In this document: positions 16,723-26,282 of the stretch, one piece after another
How the letters are laid out: the number at the start of each line of letters is the position of its first letter
Numbering within the stretch: the first letter of the stretch is position 1
Source: Gemmatimonadota bacterium
GTDB lineage: Bacteria; Gemmatimonadota; Gemmatimonadetes; Gemmatimonadales; Gemmatimonadaceae
Assembly (NCBI GenBank): GCA_031372565.1
Contig: JANMLN010000012.1
Coordinates: 1-45,160 of the forward strand
Reading direction: 5' to 3'
DNA: 45,160 nt
The notes under the pieces: model-generated
Told to the model about the DNA's origin: nothing
Database searches by the model: none
What the model saw: the letters and a program-made list of their open reading frames with translations, nothing else
Made by a program: the position numbers and the translations under genes

Positions 16723-18336
16723 ATGAGCACGTATCGCCTGCTGGTCACCGACGGCGTCGACGCCGAAGGGGTGGCCGTCCTCACCGCGACCCCGGAGTTC
16801 GTGGTCGATGAACTGCCCACCCTGCCGCCGGCAGAGCTGCTGGCGCGCATCGATCAGTACGACGCGATCGTGGGGCGCAGCGCGACCAGGGTCACGGCCG
16901 AGTTGCTCCGGAAAGCCACCAAGTTGCGCGTGGTGGGTCGTGCCGGGGTCGGCGTCGACAACGTGGATCTGGACGTGGCCACCGAGTTGGGCATCGCGGT
17001 GATCAACGCGCCCGCCGGCAACACGGTCGCGGTGGCGGAACTCGTGTTCGGCACGCTCATTGGCGTGCTGCGGCAGATCCCGCGCGCGACCACCGGACTG
17101 CACGAGGGCAAGTGGGAGCGCGCCAAGCTCATGGGGAACGAGCTCAAGGGGCGCACGCTCGGCATCGTGGGCGTGGGACGCATCGGCGGCGAAGTGGCGC
17201 GCCGTGCGCATGCCTTCGACATGAAGGTGGTCGGCTACGATCCCTACATCGGCGATGAACGGTTCCACGCGCTCAAGGTGACGCGCATGGCGTCGCTCGA
17301 CGACCTCCTCGCGGAGTCCGACATCGTCACGGTGCACACGCCGCTCACCGACGAAACGCTCGGCATGATCGGCCGACGCGAGTTGGCGCGCCTCGCGCCC
17401 ACGGCGATCGTGGCCAACCTGGCGCGTGGGGGCATCATCGACGAAGTCGCCCTGGCCACCGCCTTGCGCGACGGCAAGCTGGCGGGCGCGGTGCTCGACG
17501 CCTACACCACCGAGCCGCTGCAAGGCGAGCATGCGCTTCGCGGCGTCCCCAACCTGCTGCTCACGCCGCACATCGGCGCGAACACGCACGAAGCGCAGAA
17601 GAACGTGGCCGTGGACGTGTGCCAGTCGGTGCGCGAAGCGCTGCTGCACCACGAGCTCTCGCGCTCGCTCAACGTCGCGGCGGTCTCCGGCAAGTCGTGG
17701 CCTGAGCTGCAATCGGCCATCACGATCGCCCAACGTGCCGCGTCAGTCGCGCGCGCGCTGCTCGCGGATCGCGGGCTCAAGGCGATCACGCGGTTGTCGG
17801 TGCGAACGGGCAGCGAGCTGGCAGGGAGCGGACCGGCGCTCTTGTCGGCCGCGGTGGTGGGGGTGCTCGAGCACGTGATGGCAGAAGGGCGGCTCAACCT
17901 GATCAATGCGCGCTCACTGGCCGAAGCGCGCGGCATTCAGCTCTCGGTGACCGAGTCGGCGCCGGGGCTGCCAGGACATGGCCTCGAAGTCGTGCTGGGC
18001 GGTGCCATGTCGGAGATCGCGGTGGCCGGCAGCGCGCCCGCCGAAGGGACCGCGCGCCTGACGCGCATCGGTGGTTTCCACGTGGACGTGAACCCGAAAC
18101 AGACGCTGCTCATCCTGACCAACCACGACGTGCCCGGCGTCATCGGTCGCGTGGGCACGCTGCTGGGCGAGGCGCGCGTGAACATCGCCGAGTACCATCA
18201 GGCACGGCTCGCGCAGGGGGGCGAGGCGCTGGCCGCGGTCAGCGTGGACGGGTCGATCACCGAAGACGTGCGTACAGCGTTGCTGGCCATTCCCGACGTT
18301 CTGACGGCCACCATCGTGCGTTTCCGCGGCACGTGA
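16723..18336 (+). CDS. serA: D-3-phosphoglycerate dehydrogenase, long form with ASB and ACT domains
   Basis: VGRAGVGVDNVD, NAPAGNTVAVAE, TPHIGANTHEAQ, ACT motif NHDVPGVIGRVGTLLGEARVNIA. Confidence 0.93.
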   Translation: MSTYRLLVTDGVDAEGVAVLTATPEFVVDELPTLPPAELLARIDQYDAIVGRSATRVTAELLRKATKLRVVGRAGVGVDNVDLDVATELGIAVINAPAGNTVAVAELVFGTLIGVLRQIPRATTGLHEGKWERAKLMGNELKGRTLGIVGVGRIGGEVARRAHAFDMKVVGYDPYIGDERFHALKVTRMASLDDLLAESDIVTVHTPLTDETLGMIGRRELARLAPTAIVANLARGGIIDEVALATALRDGKLAGAVLDAYTTEPLQGEHALRGVPNLLLTPHIGANTHEAQKNVAVDVCQSVREALLHHELSRSLNVAAVSGKSWPELQSAITIAQRAASVARALLADRGLKAITRLSVRTGSELAGSGPALLSAAVVGVLEHVMAEGRLNLINARSLAEARGIQLSVTESAPGLPGHGLEVVLGGAMSEIAVAGSAPAEGTARLTRIGGFHVDVNPKQTLLILTNHDVPGVIGRVGTLLGEARVNIAEYHQARLAQGGEALAAVSVDGSITEDVRTALLAIPDVLTATIVRFRGT

Positions 18337-19697
18337 GCATCGCCCCGGTCACGGATGCGGACGTGCGGGCCGCGTACGCGCGTGATGCATCCGGATTGGA
18401 GCGCGTGCCGGAGGCGGTCGTGCGTCCGACCGAGGCGGCCGAGGTCGCGGCATTGGTGGCCGAGTCCGCATCGCTCGGGCGCCCGGTGACGGCCGCCGGC
18501 GCGCAGACCAGCACGACGGGCGCGAGCATCACCGATCGCGGGCTGCTGCTCTCGTTACGCGCCATGGACCGTGTCATCGGCATCGACACCGACCGTCGCA
18601 TCGTGCGCGCGCAGGCTGGGGTGCGGCTCGGGGAGCTCAAGCGGGCGTGCGCGGCCGAGGGGTGGCTGCTCGCCCCCGATCCCACGAGCGAGGAGGATTG
18701 CACGATTGGCGGCGCGATCGCGTGCAACGCCAGCGGCGCGCGCTCACTGCGCCACGGCGCGATGCGGCCGCATGTGGCGGCGCTCACGGTCGTGATGGCC
18801 GATGGCGCGACCGAGCGGTTCGAGCGCATGCGCATCGAGAAGAACACGGTCGGCTACGCGGCGGTGCAGGATCCGGTTGACTGGTTCGTGGGCAGCGAAG
18901 GCACGCTCGGCGTCGTCGTGGAAGCGGAGCTCGCACTCACGCCGCTCCCTGCCCGAGCCGTTGGCATGGCCTTTCCCTTCGCGCGCGAAGCGGACGCACT
19001 GGCGTTCGTGGTGGCCGCTCGGCAGGCCTCGGGCATTGATCCGCGGTGTCTCGAGTACTGCGACGCGCAGGCGACGCAGATCGTGGCCACGACGACGCAT
19101 GACACCGACTGGCTCGCGGCGCAGGCGCTCGTGTACGCCGAAGAGGCGAGTGACGCGGAGCCGCCGCTCGACGCCTGGCTCGCGCTCGCGGAAGCGCACC
19201 ACGTGATCGAGGCGTCGGTGCGCGTGTACGAGACGGAAGCCGAGTTCCGCGAGGCTCGGCGCTGGCGGCACGCGGTCCCGGCCACGATGCACGAACGGTG
19301 CGCGCCGTTTCGCGTCCACGGCGGTCGGCGCGTCTCGACGGACTGGGCCGTACCGTACACCAAGCTCGCGCGCGTGCTCGGTCAGGCGCGGGGGTTCGCG
19401 GATGCGGCCGGCATCGGCCAGGCGGTCACGTACGGCCACGTGGGCAATGGCCATCCGCACCAGAACTGGGTGGGCGAGAACCCGGCGCACGTCGCACAAA
19501 TCGAGCAGGTCGTCGAAGCAACGCTCAAGCTCGTGATCGCCGAGGGTGGCACGGTGGCCGCGGAGCATGGCGTGGGCAAGCTCAAGGCGCGGTGGGTGCC
19601 GTTGCAGTTGGGTCAGCGCCAGCTCGGGCTGATGCGTGCCATCAAGCGTGAGCTCGATCCCAAGGGGATTCTGGCCCCCGGCAACCTGATCGCGTGA
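18333..19697 (+). CDS. FAD-linked oxidase, GlcD/D-lactate/D-2-hydroxyglutarate dehydrogenase family
   Basis: PDPTS..CTIGGAIACNASG, GSEGTLGVV, GHVGNGHPH, AEHGVGKLK, LDPKGILAPG. GTGA overlap with serA. Confidence 0.88.
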   Translation: MSIAPVTDADVRAAYARDASGLERVPEAVVRPTEAAEVAALVAESASLGRPVTAAGAQTSTTGASITDRGLLLSLRAMDRVIGIDTDRRIVRAQAGVRLGELKRACAAEGWLLAPDPTSEEDCTIGGAIACNASGARSLRHGAMRPHVAALTVVMADGATERFERMRIEKNTVGYAAVQDPVDWFVGSEGTLGVVVEAELALTPLPARAVGMAFPFAREADALAFVVAARQASGIDPRCLEYCDAQATQIVATTTHDTDWLAAQALVYAEEASDAEPPLDAWLALAEAHHVIEASVRVYETEAEFREARRWRHAVPATMHERCAPFRVHGGRRVSTDWAVPYTKLARVLGQARGFADAAGIGQAVTYGHVGNGHPHQNWVGENPAHVAQIEQVVEATLKLVIAEGGTVAAEHGVGKLKARWVPLQLGQRQLGLMRAIKRELDPKGILAPGNLIA

Positions 19698-20341
19698 TGC
19701 CACGCTTTGCGAGCGTCATCCTCGACGCCGACTCGACGCTGGCGTCGATCGAGGGGATCGACTGGTTGGCGGCCCGGCGAGGGCCCGAGGTCGCGCGCGA
19801 GATCGAACGCGCGACGGCACGTGCGATGGACGGCACGGTCCCGCTGGACGCCGTGTACACCGAGCGGCTGACTGCCATTCGCCCAACGCGCGCGGAGATG
19901 GCCGAGTTGGGGCGCGTGTACATGTCCTCGCTGGCACCCGGTGCGATGTCGAGTGTGCACGAGTTGCACACGGCGGGGGTGCGCGTCGTGATCGTGAGCG
20001 GCGGGTTGCGCGATGCCCTGCTGCCGATGGCCGCGGCGCTCGGGATCTCGAGCGATGATGTGCACGCGGTCAGTGTGCGCTACGACGCGGCGGGCGTCGT
20101 GACCGGACTCGACGGCGCGCAACCGCTGGCCACCGCTGGCGGAAAGCCACTCGTGGTGCAGGCGCTCGCGCTTCCGGCCCCCGCCCTCGCCGTGGGCGAT
20201 GGCATGACGGACGCCGCGATCAAGCCGGTGGTTGCCTCCTTTGCAGCGTTCACGGCCTTCGCCCGGCGTGACGCGGTCGTCGCGGCGGCCGATCACGTGA
20301 TCGATTCCTTCGACGCGCTCACGCGCCTGGTCCTCGCATGA
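19697..20341 (+). CDS. serB: HAD-IB phosphoserine phosphatase
   Basis: ILDADSTLASIEGIDWLA, RAMDG, IVSGG, VGDGMTD; located in the serA operon. Confidence 0.8.
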   Translation: MPRFASVILDADSTLASIEGIDWLAARRGPEVAREIERATARAMDGTVPLDAVYTERLTAIRPTRAEMAELGRVYMSSLAPGAMSSVHELHTAGVRVVIVSGGLRDALLPMAAALGISSDDVHAVSVRYDAAGVVTGLDGAQPLATAGGKPLVVQALALPAPALAVGDGMTDAAIKPVVASFAAFTAFARRDAVVAAADHVIDSFDALTRLVLA

Positions 20342-21450
20342 CGGCTCCTGCGTTCGGCACCTTCTTCCTGCCCGGGCCCACCGAGGTGCATCCCGACGTG
20401 CTGGCGGGCATGCTGCGGCCGATGATCCCGCACCGCGGCGCCGCCTTCGAGTCACTCTTTGCGCGCTGCGTGGAGGGGCTCAAGCCCGTCTTTCGTACCA
20501 CTCGTCCGGTCTACATCGCGTCGTCGAGCGCGACGGGCCTCATGGAAGCGGCCGTGCGCGCCGCGAGGCCAGGGCCGATCCTGGCGCTCGTCAATGGCGC
20601 CTTCAGCGAGCGGTTCGCCCGCATCACGACCGCCTGCGGGCGCGACACGGAGACGCTGATCGTCGCACTCGGTGATTCGTTCGATCTGGCGCAGCTGCGT
20701 GGGCGACTCGCCGCGCGTCCCTTCGCGGCCGTCACGGTGGTGCACTCGGAAACGAGCACGGGCGTGCTCACCGATGTCCAGGCGATCACCGCGCTCACGC
20801 ACGAGTTCGGTGTGCCTTGCCTCGTGGATTCCGTCACCGGACTCGGCGGTTCACCGGTGGAGACCGATGCGTGGGCGCTCGACTTCGTGCTCACGGGATC
20901 GCAGAAGGCGCTCGCCCTGCCGCCGGGCCTCGCGTTCGGCGTGGCATCGGCCGAGTTCGCGGCGCAGGCCGGTCACGGGCTGTCGCGCGGTGTGTATTTC
21001 GATCTCGTGGAGTTCGAGAACTACGGCGCGAAGCACCAGACGCCCAACACCCCCGCGCTCTCGCTGTTGTACGCGCTCGACAACCAGCTGCCGCGGCTTG
21101 CCGCCGAAGGCATCGAGGGGCGCTGGGCGCGCCATGCGGCGATGGCCGCCACGACGCACGCGTGGGTGGCGGCGCTCGCGGCGCGTACCGGTCGCGAGTT
21201 CGGCATCCTCGCGCGCGAGGGACAGCGTTCAGCGACCGTCACGGCGATCACCATGCCCGCTGGGGTCGATGGCAGCGCGATCGTGAAGGCGGTGGCGAAG
21301 CGTGGGTACGTGATTGGCGACGGGTACGGGAGCCTCAAGGGGCGCACCGTGCGCATCGGGCACATGGGCGATCACACGCTCGACACGCTGGCGGGTTGTC
21401 TCGCGGCGTGCGACGACGCGGTGGATGCGGTGCTCAGCGGTCGCGCCTGA
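20338..21450 (+). CDS. Class V PLP aminotransferase (alanine-glyoxylate/serine-pyruvate family)
   Basis: LPGPTEV, VHSETSTG, VDSVTG, TGSQKALALPPG, QTPNTP, RIGHMG. ATGA overlap with serB. Confidence 0.88.
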   Translation: MTAPAFGTFFLPGPTEVHPDVLAGMLRPMIPHRGAAFESLFARCVEGLKPVFRTTRPVYIASSSATGLMEAAVRAARPGPILALVNGAFSERFARITTACGRDTETLIVALGDSFDLAQLRGRLAARPFAAVTVVHSETSTGVLTDVQAITALTHEFGVPCLVDSVTGLGGSPVETDAWALDFVLTGSQKALALPPGLAFGVASAEFAAQAGHGLSRGVYFDLVEFENYGAKHQTPNTPALSLLYALDNQLPRLAAEGIEGRWARHAAMAATTHAWVAALAARTGREFGILAREGQRSATVTAITMPAGVDGSAIVKAVAKRGYVIGDGYGSLKGRTVRIGHMGDHTLDTLAGCLAACDDAVDAVLSGRA

Positions 21451-21480
21451 GCCGAGGCGAACGCCGCGCGCTGCGACAAG

Positions 21481-21513
21481 GAAACGGGCGCCCGATGCCG
21501 GAGCGCCCGTTTC
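21481..21513. terminator. Terminator hairpin between convergent genes
   Basis: GAAACGGGCGC...GCGCCCGTTTC. Confidence 0.7.
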
Positions 21514-21522
21514 TCTCGCGAC

Positions 21523-22152
21523 TCAGCCCTGATCGGGTGGCGGTTCGGCGCCCGCACCGTCCATCGGATCCAGACCTGCAGCCGCGCGACGACGCATCTC
21601 CTCGACGCGACGCCGCAGCTGATCCTGCAGCGCGAACCAGCGCGCACGCTGCACTGGCGTCAGGAAGCCCGAGAGTTCCTTGTCCTCGTCCTCGAGGATC
21701 GCGCCGCGCTCCTTCTGGATGCCGAGAATTTCCTGCAGCGCCGAGGCGACGCGCGGATTGTCGGCGTTCTTGTCGGCGGCGACTTCGGTACGCAGCACGT
21801 CGCGCGCAGTACGCTCCCGTCCGTTGAGGTCGCGCCGGCGTCCCTCGAACTTGCGGCTCACCTCGCCCAACTGGCGCATCTGCCGGTCATCGAGTCGCAG
21901 CTGGTTGCGCACCACCATGGCGAACCGCTCGCGCACGCGCTGCTCGAGGATCGGGCGCTGCGCATCAGGCGCCACGCCGCCGCCCGGACCACGCCGTTCC
22001 TGTCGCAGCGCTTCACGTTGCTCAGGCGACAGGCTGCCCAAGCGCCCGCCGCCCGGGCCGCTCGGACCCCCGCCGCCCGGGCCCTGCTGCGCGGCCAACG
22101 CATACGGCGCCAGTGCGAGCATCGCCACGAGGCCCAATCGACGCGCGCTCAT
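21523..22152 (-). CDS. Periplasmic helical protein, Spy/CpxP/heavy-metal-sensor-like
   Basis: Signal peptide, Gly/Pro-rich linker, LSPEQRE, LRLDDRQ and FLTPVQRARW (LTxxQ-type) motifs. Confidence 0.65.
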   Translation of the reverse strand: MSARRLGLVAMLALAPYALAAQQGPGGGGPSGPGGGRLGSLSPEQREALRQERRGPGGGVAPDAQRPILEQRVRERFAMVVRNQLRLDDRQMRQLGEVSRKFEGRRRDLNGRERTARDVLRTEVAADKNADNPRVASALQEILGIQKERGAILEDEDKELSGFLTPVQRARWFALQDQLRRRVEEMRRRAAAGLDPMDGAGAEPPPDQG

Positions 22153-22664
22153 CGTGAGACCTCCCCCAGGTCGGCGGCAATGCCGCTGTTCCCCTCGGGC
22201 TCAACCGAGGGCGTCGCATCCAGCTTGTCCATGTCGGCGAGCAGCGCCTGCAAGTCGCGCTCGCTCAAATCCATGACCCCTCCGGCGAAGCCGATTGCCG
22301 CAACCGACGGCAAGTCGCCGGCCGCACTCGGCGCGCGATTGAACACGGCCACGGACGTCGCGCCCGCCATGAACAGCAGCACCCCGGCGGCGCGCCATTC
22401 CGAGCGCTGGAACCAGCGGAGTTCGACGGTGCGCGCCTTCGCGCGTGGTGGCTTGGGCAGCGCGCTGACAATACGGGCCACGTCCACGCGCGGCACGGCC
22501 GCCGTCAACGACACGCCGAGGCTGCGCAGCAGCGCGACCTCATCGGCGCAGTCGCTGCAGCTGGCCACGTGCAACGCCACCGACGCGGCGCGATCGGCAT
22601 CGAGCCGTCCGTGCACCCAGTCAGGCAGCAGGTCCCGCATGTCGCCGTTCGCACAATCACGCAT
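22149..22664 (-). CDS. Membrane anti-sigma factor with zf-HC2 (ZAS) domain
   Basis: LLPDWVHGRL...HVASCSDC (HxxxCxxC), one TM helix, overlaps the sigma gene. Confidence 0.85.
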   Translation of the reverse strand: MRDCANGDMRDLLPDWVHGRLDADRAASVALHVASCSDCADEVALLRSLGVSLTAAVPRVDVARIVSALPKPPRAKARTVELRWFQRSEWRAAGVLLFMAGATSVAVFNRAPSAAGDLPSVAAIGFAGGVMDLSERDLQALLADMDKLDATPSVEPEGNSGIAADLGEVSR

Positions 22665-23211
22665 CGAGAAACTCCTTGACCGATCGCATCGCGTGGTGGT
22701 AATGCACCCGGGCGGCCCCTTCCGTGCTGCCGACCAGATCCGCGATCTCCTTGTATCCCATCCCTTCCGTCACCCGCAAGGTGAACACTTCGCGCTGCAA
22801 CGTCGTGAGGCGCAGCACTGCCGCCCTGAGTCGATCTTCCATCTCCTGGGCGACCATCGACGACAAGGGGTCGTCGGATGATGCCGCATCATCTTCCTGC
22901 ACCTCGACCTCGGTGCCTCGTCGTTTTGCCGATCGTCGCCGGTCCAGCACCAACCGCCGTGCGATCGTGAACAGCCATGTCCTGAAGGCGGCCTCGGAGC
23001 GAAACGACTCGATTGCTCCGAACGCGCGCACAAAGGTGTCCTGCACAACCTCGTCCACGTCCACCCGCATCCCGAGCGACGACACGAAGCGCGCCACCGC
23101 CGGGGCATGGCGAGTGACCAGCTCGCTCGCGGCGCGCTCGTCCCCCCCCAACCACCGGGCGATCAGGGCGGCGTCGAGCGCCGGGTCGTCGCGCGGGTCT
23201 GTCGGTGCCAT
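22657..23211 (-). CDS. ECF RNA polymerase sigma factor
   Basis: DEVVQDTFVRAF, FRTWLFTIARR, QREVFTLR, GYKEIADLVGSTEGAARVHYH. Start ATG 23211 with GGAG upstream. Confidence 0.92.
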   Translation of the reverse strand: MAPTDPRDDPALDAALIARWLGGDERAASELVTRHAPAVARFVSSLGMRVDVDEVVQDTFVRAFGAIESFRSEAAFRTWLFTIARRLVLDRRRSAKRRGTEVEVQEDDAASSDDPLSSMVAQEMEDRLRAAVLRLTTLQREVFTLRVTEGMGYKEIADLVGSTEGAARVHYHHAMRSVKEFLDA

Positions 23212-23223
23212 GCTCCAACCGGA

Positions 23224-23248
23224 TGACGTGGCGGCGGCGAAATCGTTA
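23224..23248 (-). promoter_or_regulatory. Putative autoregulatory ECF promoter
   Basis: Minus strand TAAC-N16-CGTCA immediately upstream of the sigma gene. Confidence 0.55.
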
Positions 23249-23365
23249 AGGCAACGAAGAAAACCCGAACCCGCGGTGGCCGAGGCCTGCGCCAAGCGGT
23301 AATCTGGCGCTGCGCCGCTCCACCGGACAGGCGGTACCCCGTCCTCCCAGCACCCCGCTCTCATC

Positions 23366-24055
23366 GTGCCCCAGCGCCCAGAACGGATCGCCCACCGCGG
23401 CGCGTCTCGCGAGTTGCGGGAGAACACGCTCCCCGCCTTCCTGCGCGCGCTGGAGCGCGGGGCCGACGCCATTGAGCTGGATGTGCACGCGACAGCGGAC
23501 GGAGTGGTCGTCGTGCATCATGACCCGCGACTCAAGCCGGATACCACCCGGCCACAGTTTGCCGGCCGCGCGATCAGGGAGATGCCCTGGGCCGAACTAC
23601 AGCGCGTGCTCTATCGGGACGGTCACGGGCTCCCGACACTGGCCGAGGTCCTTGAGGCGGTGGGAAGCCGGGGGACGGTGTATGTGGAGGTCAAGCAGCC
23701 GGGCATCGAGCCCGCGGTCGCGGAGGTGCTGCGGGCATCCGCCACACGGACTGCCGTGCACGCCTTCGACCACCGCGTCTCGCGGGCCATGCGCGCGCTG
23801 GCTCCGGACATCGCCACCGGCGTTCTGGTCGATGCCTACCTGGTGGACGCGCCGCACGCCCTGCGAGCGGCCGCTGCCCGCGACTACTGGCCGAGTGTCG
23901 AGTTCTGCGATGCCGCGCTCATCGAGGCCGTGCATGCCCAAGGCGGGCGGGTGATCGCGTGGACCGCCAATGACCCGGACGTGATCGCCTCGCTCACGGC
24001 CGCTGGCATCGACGGATTGTGCACCGACGACGTGCGGTTGCTCGAGCCGCGGTGA
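23366..24055 (+). CDS. Glycerophosphodiester phosphodiesterase
   Basis: IAHRGAS..ENTLPAF, IELDVH, VVHHD, YVEVK, WTAND, GLCTD. Confidence 0.92.
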   Translation: MPQRPERIAHRGASRELRENTLPAFLRALERGADAIELDVHATADGVVVVHHDPRLKPDTTRPQFAGRAIREMPWAELQRVLYRDGHGLPTLAEVLEAVGSRGTVYVEVKQPGIEPAVAEVLRASATRTAVHAFDHRVSRAMRALAPDIATGVLVDAYLVDAPHALRAAAARDYWPSVEFCDAALIEAVHAQGGRVIAWTANDPDVIASLTAAGIDGLCTDDVRLLEPR

Positions 24056-24162
24056 CCATGCAGGTCGGCGCTAGTGCCCCTTCGGTTTACGGCGTACGTT
24101 AGCCTACCCGTCGCCCGCGGCGGTGCCCGGACCACCGTTCTTTCCTCGTGCAGGAGCTTCGC

Positions 24163-24759
24163 ATGACATCGTGGACGCGCCATTCCCTGCTAGCTGCCAC
24201 GGCACTGACCGTGGCCTCCCTGTCCGCCGGCGCACAAGCCAAGCCCGCGGCTCCGGCCGGACCAGCCGCCAAGAGTGCGATGGTCGGCGAACTCATGAAA
24301 GACGTCGAAGACGTGCGCTCGAAGCTCGTGCAGTTGGCCAAGGCGATGCCCGCCGCCAGTTACGCCTACCGCCCGGAAGCGGGGGTCCGTTCCACGGGTG
24401 AGGTGCTGCTGCACGTGGCAAGCGACAACTATCTCATGCCCACCTTTGCGGGCGTACCGATGGATCCGGCCACCAAGCTGAGCGACAAGGACTTCAAGAC
24501 CTTCGACACGTACGAGAAGCAGAAGATGGACGTGAACGGTACGGTCGCCGCGTTGGACAAGTCGTTCGCGCACCTCGCCAAGGCGATGAGCGCCACCACC
24601 GATGCCCAGTTGGAGACCAAGGTCAAGATGTTCGGTCAGGAGATGACGATGCGGGCCATGTGGATCGGCACCACCACGCACCTGCATGAGCACCTCGGTC
24701 AGATGATCGCCTACGCGCGGGCGAATCACATCACACCGCCCTGGAGCAAGAAGGCGTAA
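24163..24759 (+). CDS. Secreted DinB family protein
   Basis: AGGAG RBS, signal peptide, AMPAASYAYRP..VRSTGEVLLHVA, HLHEHLGQMIAYARAN..PPWS. Confidence 0.85.
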   Translation: MTSWTRHSLLAATALTVASLSAGAQAKPAAPAGPAAKSAMVGELMKDVEDVRSKLVQLAKAMPAASYAYRPEAGVRSTGEVLLHVASDNYLMPTFAGVPMDPATKLSDKDFKTFDTYEKQKMDVNGTVAALDKSFAHLAKAMSATTDAQLETKVKMFGQEMTMRAMWIGTTTHLHEHLGQMIAYARANHITPPWSKKA

Positions 24760-24854
24760 TGCGCAGCACGCCGAGGCCTTCCCGCGTTGTTCGCAGGAAG
24801 GCCTTTTGCTTTGCCGTCCCGCGCACGTCCAACACTTGTCGGAGTCACTGTCTC

Positions 24855-26282
24855 ATGCGTCTTTGTGTTTCCACGCTCGCGGCGCTCGCCGTCGCCCTGC
24901 CGCTCAGCGCCCAGGGCACGGCCCGCCCCTCCGTCCCTGATTCCACGCGCAAGAGCGCGACCTACGTGGCCGGCGCGCTCTCGATCCCGAACGCCGATCC
25001 CTTCCCCAGCACCTACAAGGCACGACCGGCCCGCAACACCGTCATCCGCAACGTCACGATCCTGACCGGTACGGGCGCGCGCATCGACAATGGCAGCGTA
25101 CTGCTCTCGGGTGGCAAGGTCATGAGCGTTGGCGCGAGCGTGAACGCGCCGCCCGACGCCGAGGTGATCGATGGCGCGGGCAAGTGGCTGACGCCAGGGC
25201 TCGTCGATACACACTCGCATCTGGGCGTCTATCCGGCGCCCGGCGTCGATGCGAACAGCGACGGCAACGAGGCGACCAATCCCAACACGTCTCAGGTGTG
25301 GGCGGAACACTCCGTCTGGCCGCAGGATCCGCAGTTTCCGAGGGCCTTGGCCGGTGGTCTGACCACGATGCAGGTCCTGCCCGGCTCGGCCAACCTGTTC
25401 GGCGGCCGCTCGGTCGTGCTCAAGAACGTGCCCGGCCGCTCGGTTCAGGAGATGAAGTTCCCGGGGGCCAAGAACGGACTCAAGATGGCGTGCGGCGAGA
25501 ATCCCAAGCGGGTGTATGCCAGCCGGGGCCCGAGCACGCGCATGGGCAACGTGGCGGGCTATCGCGCCGCCTGGATCGCCGCCGACGCCTATCGCCGCCG
25601 TTGGGACAAGTGGCTCGCCGATCGCGCGGGTGATCCGCCGGGTCGTGACCTGCAGCTCGAGACGATGGCCGAGGTACTGCGCGGCAACATCTTCGTGCAG
25701 AACCACTGCTATCGCGCCGACGAGATGATGCAGATGATCGACATCGCCAAGGAGTTCGGCTACCAGATCCGCTCCTTCCACCACGGCGTCGAAGCGTACA
25801 AGATCGCGGATGTGCTCGCCAAGGAAGGGATCTCGGCCTCGATCTGGAGCGACTGGGGCGGATTCAAGATGGAAGCGCTCGACGGTGTGCGCGGCAACCT
25901 CGCGCTCGTGCATGCGGCGGGCGCGCGCGCGATCGTGCACTCCGACGATGCCACCGGCACGCAGCGTCTCAATCAGGATGCGGCCAAGGGGGTGGCAGCC
26001 GGCGCGGCACTCGGCATTCAGATTCCGCCCGAGGTGGCGATCACCTGGATCACCAGCAACCCGGCCTGGGCGATGGGACTCGAGGACAAGATCGGCGCGC
26101 TTGCCCCGGGCAAGAACGCCGACGTGGTCCTCTGGACCGGCAATCCGTTCAGCGTGTACAGCAAGGCCGACAAGGTGTGGATCGACGGTGCCCTCATGTT
26201 CGATCGCGGCGATCCACGAGGGTGGTGGAAGACCGACTTCGAACTCGGGTTCGTGCCCGTCGTGATGGGAGGGTCCCGCTGA
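24855..26282 (+). CDS. Secreted metal-dependent amidohydrolase
   Basis: GGAG RBS, signal peptide, PGLVDTHSHLG, KMACGENPK, HCYRADE, HHGVEAY, HSDD, GKNADVVLW. Confidence 0.9.
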   Translation: MRLCVSTLAALAVALPLSAQGTARPSVPDSTRKSATYVAGALSIPNADPFPSTYKARPARNTVIRNVTILTGTGARIDNGSVLLSGGKVMSVGASVNAPPDAEVIDGAGKWLTPGLVDTHSHLGVYPAPGVDANSDGNEATNPNTSQVWAEHSVWPQDPQFPRALAGGLTTMQVLPGSANLFGGRSVVLKNVPGRSVQEMKFPGAKNGLKMACGENPKRVYASRGPSTRMGNVAGYRAAWIAADAYRRRWDKWLADRAGDPPGRDLQLETMAEVLRGNIFVQNHCYRADEMMQMIDIAKEFGYQIRSFHHGVEAYKIADVLAKEGISASIWSDWGGFKMEALDGVRGNLALVHAAGARAIVHSDDATGTQRLNQDAAKGVAAGAALGIQIPPEVAITWITSNPAWAMGLEDKIGALAPGKNADVVLWTGNPFSVYSKADKVWIDGALMFDRGDPRGWWKTDFELGFVPVVMGGSR

